Positions 26,850 through 41,800 of a stretch of 64,000 bases of DNA are shown here, in pieces (the stretch's first letter is position 1; every line of letters begins with the position of its first letter). The translations under genes and the position numbers were made by a program. The stretch lies in NCBI RefSeq assembly GCF_035084215.1, contig NC_090370.1:16988001-17052000 (forward strand). The letters run 5' to 3'. The notes beneath the pieces were generated by a model. It saw only the letters and a list, made by a program, of their open reading frames with translations, searched no databases and had not been told where the DNA came from. The DNA comes from Heptranchias perlo. Taxonomy: Eukaryota.

Positions 26850-29800
26850 GGAGGTGTATCACTGCCAAGATCACGGTAATTAGTGGAGGTGTATCAATGC
26901 AAATATCAGGGTATATATTGGAGGTGCATTAATGCCAATATTAGGGTAATTATTGGAGCTGTGTCAATGCCAGTATCAGGGTAATTATTGGAGGTGTATC
27001 AATGCCAAGATCAGGGTAATTATTGGAGCAGTATCAATGCCATGATCTTGATAATTATTGGAGCTGTATCAATGCCAAGATCATGGTAATTATTGGAGCT
27101 GTATCAATGCCAATATTAGGGTAATTATTGGAGCTGTGTCAATGCTAAGATCAGGGTAATTATTGGAGGTGTATCAATGCCAAGATCAGGGTAGTTATTG
27201 GAGCTGTATCAATGCCAAGATCAGGGTAATAATTGGAGATGTATCAATGCCAAGATCACGGTAATTATTGGAGGTGCATCAATGCCAATATTAGGGTAAT
27301 TATTGGAGCTGTGTCAATGCTAAGATCAGGGTAATTATTGGAGGTGTATCAATGCCAAGATCAGGGTAATTACTGGAGGTGTATCAGTGCCAAGAAAAGG
27401 GCAATTATTGGAGGTGTATCAATGCCAATATCAGGGTAATTACTGGAGGTGTATCAGTGCCAAGAAAAGGGCAATTATTGGAGGTGTATCAATGCCAAGA
27501 TCACGGTAATTATTGGAGGTGCATCAATGCCAATATTAGGGTAATTATTGGAGCTGTGTCAATGCTAAGATCAGGGTAATTATTGGAGGTGTATCAATGC
27601 CAAGATCAGGGTAATTACTGGAGGTGTATCAGTGCCAAGAAAAGGGCAATTATTGGAGGTGTATCAATGCCAATATCAGGGTAATTACTGGAGGTGTATC
27701 AGTGCCAAGAAAAGGGCAATTATTGGAGGTGTATCAATGCAAAGATCAGGGTAATTATTGGAGGTGTATCAATGCAAAGATCAGGGCAATTATTGGAGGT
27801 GTGTCAATGCCAATATCAGGGTAATTATTGGAGGTGTATCAATGCCAAGACCAGGGTAATTATTGGAGGTGTATCAATGCCAAGATCAGGGTAATTATTG
27901 GAGGTGCATCAATGCCAAGTTCAGGGTAATTATTGGAGGTGTATCAATGCCAAGATCAGGGTAATTATTGGAGGTGTATCAATGCCAATATCAGGGTAAT
28001 TAGTGGAGGTGTATCAATGCCAATATTCGGGTAATTATTGGGGCTGTGTCAATGCCAGTATCAGGGTAATTATTGGAGGTGTATCAATGCCAATATCAGG
28101 GTAATTATTGGAGGTGTATCAATGCCAATATCAGGTGAATTATTGGAATTGTATCAATGCCAATATCAGGGTAATTATTGGAGGTGTATCAATGCAAAGA
28201 TCTGGGTAATTATTGGAGGTGTATCAATGCCAATATCAGGGTAATTATTGGAGCTGTGTCAATGCTAGTATCAGGGTAATTAGTGGAGGTGTATCAATGC
28301 CAAGATCAGGGTATATATTGGAGGTGCATCAATGCCAATATTCGGGTAATTAATGGGGCTGTGTCAATGCCAGTATCAGGGTAATTATTGGAGGTGTATC
28401 AATGCCAATATCAGGGTAATTATTGGAGGTGTATCAATGCCAAGATCAGGGTAATTATTGGAGCTGTATCAATGCCAAGATCAGGGTATATATTGGAGCT
28501 GTATCAATGCCAATATCAGGGTAATTATTGGAGCTGTGTCAATGCAAAGATCAGGGTAATTATTGGAGGTGTATCAATGCCAATATTAGGGTAATTATTG
28601 GAGCTGTATCAATGCCAATATTAGGGTAATTATTGGAGCTGTGTCAATGCCAATATCAGGGTAATTATTGGAGGTGTATCAATGCCAAGATCAGGGATAT
28701 TATCGGAGCTGTGTCAATGCCAAGATAAGGGTTATTTTTGGAGCTGTGTCAATGCCAATATCAGGGTAATTACTGGAGGTGTATCAATGCCAATATCAGG
28801 GTAATTAGTGGAGGTGTATCAATGCCAATATTAGGGGAATTATTGGAGCTGTGTCAATGCCAATATCAGGGTAATTATTGGAGGTGTATAAATGCCAAGA
28901 TCAGGGTAATTACTGGAGGTGTATCAATGCCAATATCAGGGTAATTACTGGAGGTGTATCAATGCCAATATCAGGGTAATTACTGGAGGTGTATCAATGC
29001 AAAGATCAGGGTAATTATTGGAGCTGTATCAATGCCAATATCAGGGGAATTATTGGAGGTGTATCAATGCCAATAACAGGGTAATTATTGGAGGTGTATC
29101 AATGCCAATATCAGGGTAATTATTGGAGGTCTATCAATGCAAAGATCAGGGTAATTATTGGAGGTGTATCAATGCCAATATCAGGTGAATTATTGGAATT
29201 GTATCAATGCCAATATCAGGGTAATTATTGGAGCTGTGTCAATGCTAGTATCAGGGTAATTATTGGAGGTGTATCAATGCCAAGATCAGGGTTATTATTG
29301 GAGCTGTGTCAATGCTAGTATCAGGGTAATTATTGGAGGTGCATCAATGCCAAGATCAGGGTTAGTATTGGAGCTGTGTCAATGCTAGTATCAGGGTAAT
29401 TATTGGAGGTGTATCAATGCCAAGATCAGGGTAATTATTGGAGCTGTGTCAATGCTAGTATCAGGGTAATTATTGGAGGTGCATCAATGCCAAGATCAGG
29501 GTTATTATTGGAGCTGTGTCAATGCTAGTATCAGGGTAATTATTGGAGGTGTATCAATGCAAAGATCACGGTAATTATTGGAGCTGTATCACTGCAAAGA
29601 TCAGGGTAATTATTGGAGGTGTATCAATGTCAATATCAGGGTAATTATTGGAGGTGTATCAATGCCAAGATCAGGGTAATTATTGGAGCTGTATCAATGC
29701 AAAGATCAGGGTAATTATTGGAGCTGTATCAATGCCAATATCAGGGTAATTATTGGAGCTGTGTCAATTATTGGAGGTGTATCAATGCCAAGATCAGGGT

Positions 29801-32800
29801 AATTATTGGAGCTGTGTCAATGCAAACATCAGGGTAATTATTGGAGGTGTATCAATGCCAATATTAGGGTAATTATTGGAGCTGTGTCAATGCCAATATC
29901 AGGGTAATTATTGGAGGTGTATCAATGCCAAGATCAGGGATATTATCGGAGCTGTGTCAATGCCAAGATAAGGGTTATTATAGGAGCTGTGTCAATGCCA
30001 ATATCAGGGTTATTATCGGAGGTGTATCAATGCCAATATCAGGGTAATTATTGGAGGTGTATCAATGCCAAGATCAGGGTAATTACTGGAGGTGTATCAA
30101 TGCCAATATCAGGGTAATTATTGGAGGTGTATCAATGTCAATATCAGGGTAATTACTGGAGCTGTATCAATGCCAATATCAGGGTAATTATTGGAGGTGT
30201 ATCAATGCCAATATCAGGGTAATTATTGGAGGTGTATCAATGCAAAGATCAGGGTAATTATTGGAGGTGTATCAATGCCAATATCAGGGTAATCATTGGA
30301 GGTGTATCAATGCAAAGATCAGGGTAATTATTGGAGGTGTATCAATGCCAAGATCAGGGTAATTACTGGAGGTGTATCAATGCCAATATCAGGGTAATTA
30401 TTGGAGGTGTATCAATGCCAATATCAGGGTAATTATTGGAGCTGTGTCAATGCCAATATCAGGGTTATTATAGGAGCTGTGTCAATGCCAAGATCAGGGT
30501 TATTATAGGAGCTGTGTCAATGCCAAGGTCAGGGTAATTATTGGAGGTGTATCAATGCCAACGTCAGGGTAATTATTGGAGGTGTATCAATGTCAAGGTC
30601 AGGGTAATTATTGGAGGTGTATCAATGCCAAGATCAGGGTAATTATTGGAGCTGTGTCAATGCCAATATCAGGGTAATTATTGGAGGTGTATCAATGCCA
30701 AGATCAGGGATATTATCGGAGCTGTGTCAATGCCAAGATCAGGGTTATTATAGGTGCTGTGTCAATGCCAATATCAGGGTTATTATAGGAGGTGTATCAA
30801 TGCCAATATCAGGGTAATTATTGGAGTTGTATCAATGCCAATATCAGGGTAATTATTGGAGGTGTATCAATGCCAAGATCAGGGTAATTACTGGAGGTGT
30901 ATCAATGCCAATATCAGGGTAATTACTGGAGTTGCATCAATGCCAATATCAGGGTAATTATTGGAGGTGTATCAATGCCAAGATCAGGGTGATTACTGGA
31001 GGTGTATCAATGCCAATATCAGGGTAATTACTGGAGCTGTATCAATGCCAATATCAGGGTAATTATTGGAGGTGTATCAATGCCAAGATCAGGGTTATTA
31101 TAGGAGCTGTGTCAATGCCAATATCAGGGTTATTATAGGGGGTGTATCAATGCCAATATCAGGGTAATTATTGGAGGTGTATCAATGCCAATATCACGGT
31201 AATTATTGGAGCTGTATCAATGCAAATATCAGGATAAATATTGGAACTGTATCAATGCCAATATCAGGGTAATTATTGGAGCTGTATCAATGCAAATATC
31301 AGGATAAATATTGGAACTGTATCAATGCCAATATCAGGGTAATTATTGGAGCTGTATCAATGCAAATATCAGGATAAATATTGGAACTGTATCAATGCCA
31401 ATATCAGGGTAATTATTGGAGCTGTATCAATGCCAATATCAGGGTAATTATTGGAGTTGTATCAATGTCAATATCAGGGTTATTATAGGAGGTGCATCAA
31501 TGCAAAGATCAGGGTTATTATTGGAGGTGTATCAATGCCAAGGTCAGGGTAATTATTGGAGGTGTATCAATGTCAATATCAGGGTAATTATTGGAGGTGT
31601 ATCAATGCCAATATCAGGGTAATTATTGGAGGTGTATCAATGCCAATATCACGGTAATTATTGGAGCTGTATCAATGCCAATATCAGGATAAATATTGGA
31701 GCTGTATCAATGCCAATATCAGGATAAATTTTGGAGTTGTATCAATGCCAATATCAGGGTAATTATTGGAGCTGTATGAATGCCAATATCAGAATAAATA
31801 TTGGAGCTGTATCAATGTCAATATCAGGATAAATATTGGAGCTGTATCAATGCCAATATCAGGATAAATATTGGAGCTGTATCAATGTCAATATCAGGAT
31901 AAATATTGGAGCTGTATCAATGCCAATATCAGGATAAATATTGGAGCTGTGTCAATGCCAATATCAGGGTAATTATTGGGGGTGTATCAATGCCAATATC
32001 AGGGTAATTGTTGGAGGTGTATCAATGCCAATATCAGGGTAATTACTGGAGCTGTATCAATGCCAAGATCAGGGTAATTATTGGAGTTGTATCAATGCCA
32101 ATATCAGGGCAATTATTGGAGTTGTATCAATGCCAATATCAGGGCAATTATTGGAGCTGTACCAATGCCAAGATCAGGATAAATATTGGAGGTGTATCAA
32201 TGCCAAGATCAGGGTAATTACTGGAGGTGGAACAATGCCAATATCAGGGTAATTATAGGAGGTGTATCAATGCCAAGATCAGGGTAATTACTGGAGGTGT
32301 AACAATGCCAATATCAGGGTAATTATTGGAGGTGTATCAATGCCAAGATCAGGGTAATTACTGGAGGTGTATCAATGCCAAGATCAGGGTAATTATTGGA
32401 GCTGTATCAAGGTCAATATCAGGGTTATTTAGGATGTGTCTCAATGCAAAGATCAGGGTTATTATTGGAGGTGTATCAATGCCAAGATCAGGATAAATAT
32501 TGGAGCTGTATCAATGCCAATAACAGGGTAATTGTTGGAGTTGTATCAATGCCAATAACAGGGTAATTGTTGGAGGTGTATCAATGCCAATATCAGGGTA
32601 ATTATTGGAGTTGTATCAATGTCAATAACAGGGTAATTGTTGGAGGTGTATCAATGCCAATATCAGGGTAATTATTGGAGGTGTATCAATGCCAAGATCA
32701 GGATAAATATTGGAGGTGTATCAATGTCAATATCAGGGTAATTATTGGAGGTGTATCAATGCGAAGATCAGGGTAATTATTGGAGCTGTATCAATGCCAA

Positions 32801-35800
32801 TATCAGGGTAATTATTGGAGGTGTATCAATGCGAAGATCAGGGTAATTATTGGAGCTGTATCAATGCCAATATCAGGGTAATTATTGGAGCTGCATCAAT
32901 GCCAAAATCAGGGTAATTATTGGGAGTGTATCAATGCCAATATCAGAGCAATTATTGGAGCTGTATCAATGCCAAGATCAGGATAAATATTGGAGGTGTA
33001 TCAATGCCAAGATCAGGGTAATTACTGGAGGTGTATCAATGTCAATATCAGGGTAATTATTGGAGGTGTATCAATGCCAATATCAGGGTAATTATTGGAG
33101 CTGTATCAATGCCAAGATCAGGGTAATTATTGGAGCTGTATCAATGCCAAGATCAGGGTAATTATTGGAGCTGTATCAATGCCAAGATCAGGGTAATTAT
33201 TGGAGGTGTATCAATGCCAAGATCAGGGTAATTATTGGAGCTGTGTCAATGCTAAGATCAGGGTAATTACTGGAGGTGTATCAATGCCAATATCAGGGTA
33301 ATTATTGGAGGTGTATCAATGCCAAGATCAGGGTAATTACTGGAGGTGTAGCAATGCCAATATCAGGGTAATTATTGGAGGTGTATCAATGCCAATATCA
33401 GGGTAATTATTGGAGGTGTATCAATGTCAATATCAGGGTAATTACTGGAGCTGTATCAATGCCAATATCAGGGTAATTATTGGAGGTGTATCAATGTAAA
33501 TATCAGTGTAATTATTGGAGCTGTATCAATGCCAATATCAGGGTAATTATTGGAGGTGTATCAATGTCAATATCAGGGTAATTATTGGAGCTGTATCAAT
33601 GCCAATATAAGGGTAATTATTGGAGCTGTATCAATGCCAAGATCAGGGTAATTATTGGAGTTGTATCAATGCCAATATCAAGGAAATTGTTGGAGGTGTA
33701 TCAATGCCAATATCAGGGTAATTACTGGAGTTGTATCAATGCCAATATCAGGGCAATTATTGGAGCTGTATCAATGCCAAGATCAGGATAAATACTGGAG
33801 GTGTATCAATGCCAATATCGGGATAAATATTGGAGCTGTATCAATGCCAATATCAGGATAAATATTGGAGCTGTATCAATGCCAATATCAGGGTAATTAT
33901 TGGAGCTGTATCAATGCCAATATCAGGATAAATATTGGAGCTGTATCAATGCCAATATCAGGGTAATTATTGGAGGTGTATCAATGCCAATATCAGGGTA
34001 ATTATTGGAGCTGTATCAATGCCAAGATCAGGGTAATTATTGGAGTTGTATCAATGCCAATATCAGGGTAATTATTGGAGCTGTATCAATGCCAATATCA
34101 GGGTAATTATTGGGAGTGTATCAATGCCAATATCAGAGCAATTATTGGAGCTGTATCAATGCCAAGATCAGGATAAATATTGGAGGTGTATCAATGCCAA
34201 GATCAGGGTAATTACTGGAGGTGTATCAATGTCAATATCAGGGTAATTATTGGAGGTGTATCAATGCCAATATCAGGGTAATTATTGGAGCTGTATCAAT
34301 GCCAAGATCAGGGTAATTATTGGAGCTGTATCAATGCCAAGATCAGGGTAATTATTGGAGCTGTATCAATGCCAAGATCAGGGTAATTATTGGAGGTGTA
34401 TCAATGCCAAGATCAGGGTAATTATTGGAGCTGTGTCAATGCTAAGATCAGGGTAATTACTGGAGGTGTATCAATGCCAATATCAGGCTAATTATTGGAG
34501 GTGTATCAATGCCAAGATCAGGGTAATTACTGGAGGTGTAGCAATGCCAATATCAGGGTAATTATTGGAGGTGTATCAATGCCAATATCAGGGTAATTAT
34601 TGGAGGTGTATCAATGTCAATATCAGGGTAATTACTGGAGCTGTATCAATGCCAATATCAGGGTAATTATTGGAGGTGTATCAATGTAAATATCAGTGTA
34701 ATTATTGGAGCTGTATCAATGCCAATATCAGGGTAATTATTGGAGGTGCATCAATGTCAATATCAGGGTAATTATTGGAGCTGTATCAATGCCAAGATCA
34801 GGGTAATTATTGGAGTTGTATCAATGCCAATATCAGGGAAATTGTTGGAGGTGTATCAATGCCAATATCAGGGTAATTACTGGAGTTGTATCAATGCCAA
34901 TATCAGGGCAATTATTGGAGCTGTATCAATGCCAAGATCAGGATAAACACTGGAGGTGTATCAATGCCAATATCGGGATAAATATTGGAGCTGTATCAAT
35001 GCCAATATCAGGATAAATATTGGAGCTGTATCAATGCCAATATCAGGGTAATTATTGGAGCTGTATCAATGCCAATATCAGGATAAATATTGGAGCTGTA
35101 TCAATGCCAATATCAGGGTAATTATTGGAGGTGTATCAATGCCAATATCAGGGTAATTATTGGAGCTGTATCAATGCCAAGATCAGGGTAATTATTGGAG
35201 TTGTATCAATGCCAATATCAGGGTAATTATTGGAGCTGTATCAATGCCAATATCAGGGTAATTGTTGGAGGTGTAGCAATGCCAAGATCAGGGTAATTAC
35301 TGGAGGTGCATCAATGCCAATATCAGGGTAATTATTGGAGGTGTATCAATGCCAAGATCAGGGTAATTACTGGAGGTGTCTCAATGCCAAGATCAGGGTA
35401 ATTATTGGAGTTGTATCAATGCCAATATCAGGGTAATTATTGGAGCTGTATCAATGCCAATATCAGGGTAATTGTTGGAGGTGTAGCAATGCCAAGATCA
35501 GGGTAATTACTGGAGGTGCATCAATGCCAATATCAGGGTAATTATTGGAGGTGTATCAATGCCAAGATCAGGGTAATTACTGGAGGTGTCTCAATGCCAA
35601 TATCAGGATAAATATTGGAGTTGTATCAATGCCAATATCAGGGCAATTATTGGAGCTGTATCAATGCCAAGATCAGGGTAATTATTGGAGGTGCATCAAT
35701 GCCAATATCAGGGTAATTATTGGAGGTGTATCAATGCCAAGATCAGGGTAATTACTGGAGGTGTATCAATGCCAATATCAGGGTAATTATTGGAGCTGTA

Positions 35801-38800
35801 TCACTACCAAGATCAGGGTAATTATTGGAGCTGTATCAATGCCAATATCAGGGTAATTGTTGGAGGTGTAGCAATGCCAAGATCAGGGTAATTACTGGAG
35901 GTGCATCAATGCCAATATCAGGGTAATTATTGGAGGTGTATCAATGCCAAGATCAGGGTAATTACTGGAGGTGTCTCAATGCCAATATCAGGATAAATAT
36001 TGGAGTTGTATCAATGCCAATATCAGGGCAATTATTGGAGCTGTATCAATGCCAAGATCAGGGTAATTACTGGAGGTGCATCAATGCCAATATCAGGGTA
36101 ATTATTGGAGGTGTATCAATGCCAAGATCAGGGTAATTACTGGAGGTGTATCAATGCCAATATCAGGGTAATTATTGGAGCTGTATCACTACCAAGATCA
36201 GGGTAATTATTGGAGGTGTATCAATGCGTAGATCAGGGTAATTATTGGAGCTGTATCAATGTCAATATCAGGGTAATTATTGGAGCTGTATCACTACCAA
36301 GATCAGGGTAATTATTGGAGGTGTATCAATGCGTCGATCAGGGTAATTATTGGAGCTGTATCAATGCCAATATCAGGGTAATTATTGGAGCTGTATCAAT
36401 GCCAAGATCAGGGTAATTATTGGAGCTGTATCAATGCCAATATAAGGGTAATTATTGGAGCTGTATCAATGCCAATATCAGGGTAATTATTGGAGCTGTA
36501 TCAATGCCAATATCAGGGTAATTATTGGAGCTGTATCACTACCAAGATCAGGGTAATTATTGGAGCTGTATCAATGCGTAGTTCAGGGTAATTATTGGAG
36601 CTGTATCAATGCCAATATCAGGGTAATTATTGGAGCTGTGTCAATGCCAAGATCAGGGTAATTATTGGAGCTGTATCAATGCCAAGATCAAGGTAATTAT
36701 TGGAGCTGTATCAATGCCAAGATCAAGGTAATTATTGGAGGTGTATCAATGCCAAGATCAGGGTAATTATTGGAGCTGTATCAATGCCAAGATCAGGGTA
36801 ATTATTGGAGCTGTATCAATGCCAAGATCAAGGTAATTATTGGAGCTGTATCAATGCCAATATCAGGGTAATTATTGGAGCTGTATCAATGCCAATATCA
36901 GGGTAATTATTGGAGCTGTATCAATGCCAATATCAGGGTAATTATTGGAGCTGTATCAATGCCAATATCAGGGTAATTATTGGAGCTGTATCAATGCCAA
37001 TATCAGGGTAATTATTGGAGCTGTGTCAATGCCAAGATCAGAACAATTATTGGAAGTATATTGATGGCAGTGTCGGGTTAATTATTGGAGGGGTATCAAC
37101 AGCTGTGTCGGTGTAATTACTGGAGATGTGTCACTATCAATATCAGGGTAATTATTGTCGGTGTGTCAATGTCAGGATAATTATTGGAGGTGTATCAATG
37201 CCAGTAACAGGGTAATTATTGGAGGTGTGTCAATGCCAATAACAGCGTAATTATTGGAAGTGTATCAATGCCAAGATCAGGGTAATTACTGGAGCTGTAT
37301 CAATGGCAATAACAGGGTAATTATTGGAGGTGCATCAATGCCAGTATAAGGGTATTTATTGGAGGTGTATCAATGGCAATAATAGGGTAATTATTGGAGG
37401 TGTATCAATGCCAGTATCAGGGTATTTATTGGAGGTGTATCAATGGCAATAACAGGGTAATTACTGGAGGTGTATCAATGCCAATAACAGGGTAATTATT
37501 GGAGGTGTATCAATGGCAATAACAGGGTAATTACTGGAGGTGTGTCAATGGCAATATCAGGGTAATTATTGGAGGTGTATCAATGCCAATAACAGGGTAA
37601 TTACTGGAGCTGTATCAATGGCAATAACAGGGTAATTGTTGGAGGTGTATCAATGCCAATATCAGGGTAATTATTGGGGGTGTATCAATGTCAATATCAG
37701 GGTAATTGTTGGAGGTGTATCAATGCCAATAACAGGGTAATTACTGGAGGTGTATCAATGCCAATAACAGGGTAATTATTGGAGGTGTATCAATGGCAAT
37801 AACAGGGTAATTACTGGAGGTGTATCAATGGCAATATCAGGGTAATTATTGGAGGTGTATCAATGCCAATAACAGGGTAATTACTGGAGCTGTATCAATG
37901 GCAATAACAGGGTAATTATTGGAGGTGTATCAATGGCAATAACAGGGTAATTACTGGAGGTGTATCAATGGCAATATCAGGGTAATTATTGGAGGTGTAT
38001 CAATGCCAATAACAGGGTAATTACTGGAGCTGTATCAATGGCAATAACAGGGTAATTGTTGGAGCTGTATCAATGGCAATAACAGGGTAATTATTGGAGG
38101 TGTATCAATGCCAATAACAGGGTAATTACTGGAGCTGTATCAATACCAATAACAGGGTAATTATTGGAGGTGTATCAATGGCAATAACAGGGTAATTATT
38201 GGAGGTGTATCAATGCCAAGATCAGGGTAATTACTGGAGGTGTATCAATGCCAATATCAGGGTAATTATTGGAGCTGTATCAATGCGAATATCAGGGTAA
38301 TTATTGGAGGTGTATCAATGTCAATATCAGGGTAATTATTGGAGCTGTATCACTACCAAGATCAGGGTAATTATTGGAGCTGTATCAATGCGTAGTTCAG
38401 GGTAATTATTGGAGCTGTATCAATGCCAATATCAGGGTAATTATTGGAGCTGTGTCAATGCCAAGATCAGGGTAATTATTGGAGCTGTATCAATGCCAAG
38501 ATCAAGGTAATTATTGGAGCTGTATCAATGCCAAGATCAAGGTAATTATTGGAGGTGTATCAATGCCAAGATCAGGGTAATTATTGGAGCTGTATCAATG
38601 CCAAGATCAGGGTAATTATTGGAGCTGTATCAATGCCAAGATCAAGGTAATTATTGGAGCTGTATCAATGCCAATATCAGGGTAATTATTGGAGCTGTAT
38701 CAATGCCAATATCAGGGTAATTATTGGAGCTGTATCAATGCCAATATCAGGGTAATTATTGGAGCTGTATCAATGCCAATATCAGGGTAATTATTGGAGC

Positions 38801-41800
38801 TGTATCAATGCCAATATCAGGGTAATTATTGGAGCTGTGTCAATGCCAAGATCAGAACAATTATTGGAAGTATATTGATGGCAGTGTCGGGTTAATTATT
38901 GGAGGGGTATCAACAGCTGTGTCGGTGTAATTACTGGAGATGTGTCACTACCAATATCAGGGTAATTATTGTCGGTGTGTCAATGTCAATGTCAGGATAA
39001 TTATTGGAGGTGTATCAATGCCAGTAACATGGTAATTATTGGATGTGTGTCAATGCCAAGATCAGGGTAATTACTGGAGCTGTATCAATGGCAATAACAG
39101 GGTAATTATTGGAGGTGCATCAATGCCAGTATTAGGGTATTTATTGGAGGTGTATCAATGGCAATAATAGGGTAATTATTGGAGGTGTATCAATGCCAGT
39201 ATCAGGGTATTTATTGGAGGTGTATCAATGCCAGTATCAGGGTAATTTATGGAGGTGTATCAATGCCAATAACAGGGTAATTACTGGAGGTGTATCAGTG
39301 GCAATAACAGGGTAATTACTGGAGGTGTATCAATGCCAATAACAGGGTAATTATTGGAGGTGTATCAATGCCAATAACAGGGTAATTACTGGAGCTGTAT
39401 CAATGGCAATAACAGGGTAATTGTTGGAGGTGTATCAATGCCAATATCAGGGTAATTATTGGGGGTGTATCAATGTCAATATCAGGGTAATTGTTGGAGG
39501 TGTATCAATGCCAATAACAGGGTAATTACTGGAGGTGTATCAATGCCAATAACAGGGTAATTATTGGAGGTGTATCAATGGCAATAACAGGGTAATTACT
39601 GGAGGTGTATCAATGGCAATATCAGGGTAATTATTGGAGGTGTATCAATGCCAATAACAGGGTAATTACTGGAGCTGTATCAATGGCAATAACAGGGTAA
39701 TTATTGGAGGTGTATCAATGGCAATAACAGGGTAATTACTGGAGGTGTATCAATGGCAATATCAGGGTAATTATTGGAGGTGTATCAATGCCAATAACAG
39801 GGTAATTACTGGAGCTGTATCAATGGCAATAACAGGGTAATTGTTGGAGCTGTATCAATGGCAATAACAGGGTAATTATTGGAGGTGTATCAATGTCAAT
39901 AACAGGGTAATTACTGGAGCTGTATCAATACCAATAACAGGGTAATTATTGGAGGTGTATCAATGGCAATAACAGGGTAATTATTGGAGGTGTATCAATG
40001 CCAAGATCAGGGTAATTACTGGAGGTGTATCAATGCCAATATCAGGGTAATTATTGGAGCTGTATCAATGCGAATATCAGGGTAATTATTGGAGGTGTAT
40101 CAATGTCAATATCAGGGTAATTATTGGAGCTGTATCACTACCAAGATCAGGGTAATTATTGGAGCTGTATCAATGCGTAGTTCAGGGTAATTATTGGAGC
40201 TGTATCAATGCCAATATCAGGGTAATTATTGGAGCTGTGTCAATGCCAAGATCAGGGTAATTATTGGAGCTGTATCAATGCCAAGATCAAGGTAATTATT
40301 GGAGCTGTATCAATGCCAAGATCAAGGTAATTATTGGAGGTGTATCAATGCCAAGATCAGGGTAATTATTGGAGCTGTATCAATGCCAAGATCAGGGTAA
40401 TTATTGGAGCTGTATCAATGCCAAGATCAAGGTAATTATTGGAGCTGTATCAATGCCAATATCAGGGTAATTATTGGAGCTGTATCAATGCCAATATCAG
40501 GGTAATTATTGGAGCTGTATCAATGCCAATATCAGGGTAATTATTGGAGCTGTATCAATGCCAATATCAGGGTAATTATTGGAGCTGTATCAATGCCAAT
40601 ATCAGGGTAATTATTGGAGCTGTGTCAATGCCAAGATCAGAACAATTATTGGAAGTATATTGATGGCAGTGTCGGGTTAATTATTGGAGGGGTATCAACA
40701 GCTGTGTCGGTGTAATTACTGGAGATGTGTCACTACCAATATCAGGGTAATTATTGTCGGTGTGTCAATGTCAATGTCAGGATAATTATTGGAGGTGTAT
40801 CAATGCCAGTAACAGGGTAATTATTGGATGTGTGTCAATGCCAAGATCAGGGTAATTATTGGAGCTGTATCAATGGCAATAACAGGGTAATTATTGGAGG
40901 TGCATCAATGCCAGTATTAGGGTATTTATTGGAGGTGTATCAATGGCAATAATAGGGTAATTATTGGAGGTGTATCAATGCCAGTATCAGGGTATTTATT
41001 GGAGGTGTATCAATGCCAGTATCAGGGTAATTTATGGAGGTGTATCAATGCCAATAACAGGGTAATTACTGGAGGTGTATCAGTGGCAATAACAGGGTAA
41101 TTACTGGAGGTGTATCAATGCCAATAACAGGGTAATTATTGGAGGTGTATCAATGCCAATAACAGGGTAATTACTGGCACTGTATCAATACCAATAACAG
41201 GGTAATTATTGGCGCTGTATCAATGCCAATAACAGGGTAATTACTGGAGGTGTATCAATGCCAATAACAGGGCAATTACTGGAGCTGTATCAATGGCAAT
41301 AACAGGGTAATTGTTGGAGGTGTATCAATGCCAATATCAGGGTAATTATTGGAGGTGTATCACTGCCAATATCAGGGTAATTATTGGAGGTGTATCAATG
41401 CCAATAACAGGGTAATTACTGGAGCTGTATCAATGGCAATAACAGGGTAATTGTTGGAGGTGTATCAATGGCAATAACAGGGTAATTACTGGAGGTGTAT
41501 CAATGGCAATAACAGGGTAATTATTGGAGGTGTATCAATGGCAATAACAGGGTAATTATTGGGGGTGTATCAATACCAATAACAGGGTAATTATTGGAGG
41601 TGTATCAATGGCAATAACAGGGTAATTGTTGGAGGTGTATCAATGGCAATAACAGGGTAATTACTGGAGGTGTATCAATGGCAATATCAGGGTAATTATT
41701 GGAGGTGTATCAATGGCAATAACAGGGTAATTATTGGGGGTGTATCAATACCAATAACAGGGTAATTATTGGAGGTGTATCAATGGCAATAAGAGGGTAA

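Noticed and set aside
15485-36136. Many short ORFs of the YQCQYQGNYWRCIN type
   Set aside because: Translations of the 35-bp satellite cycling through frames, with frequent stops.
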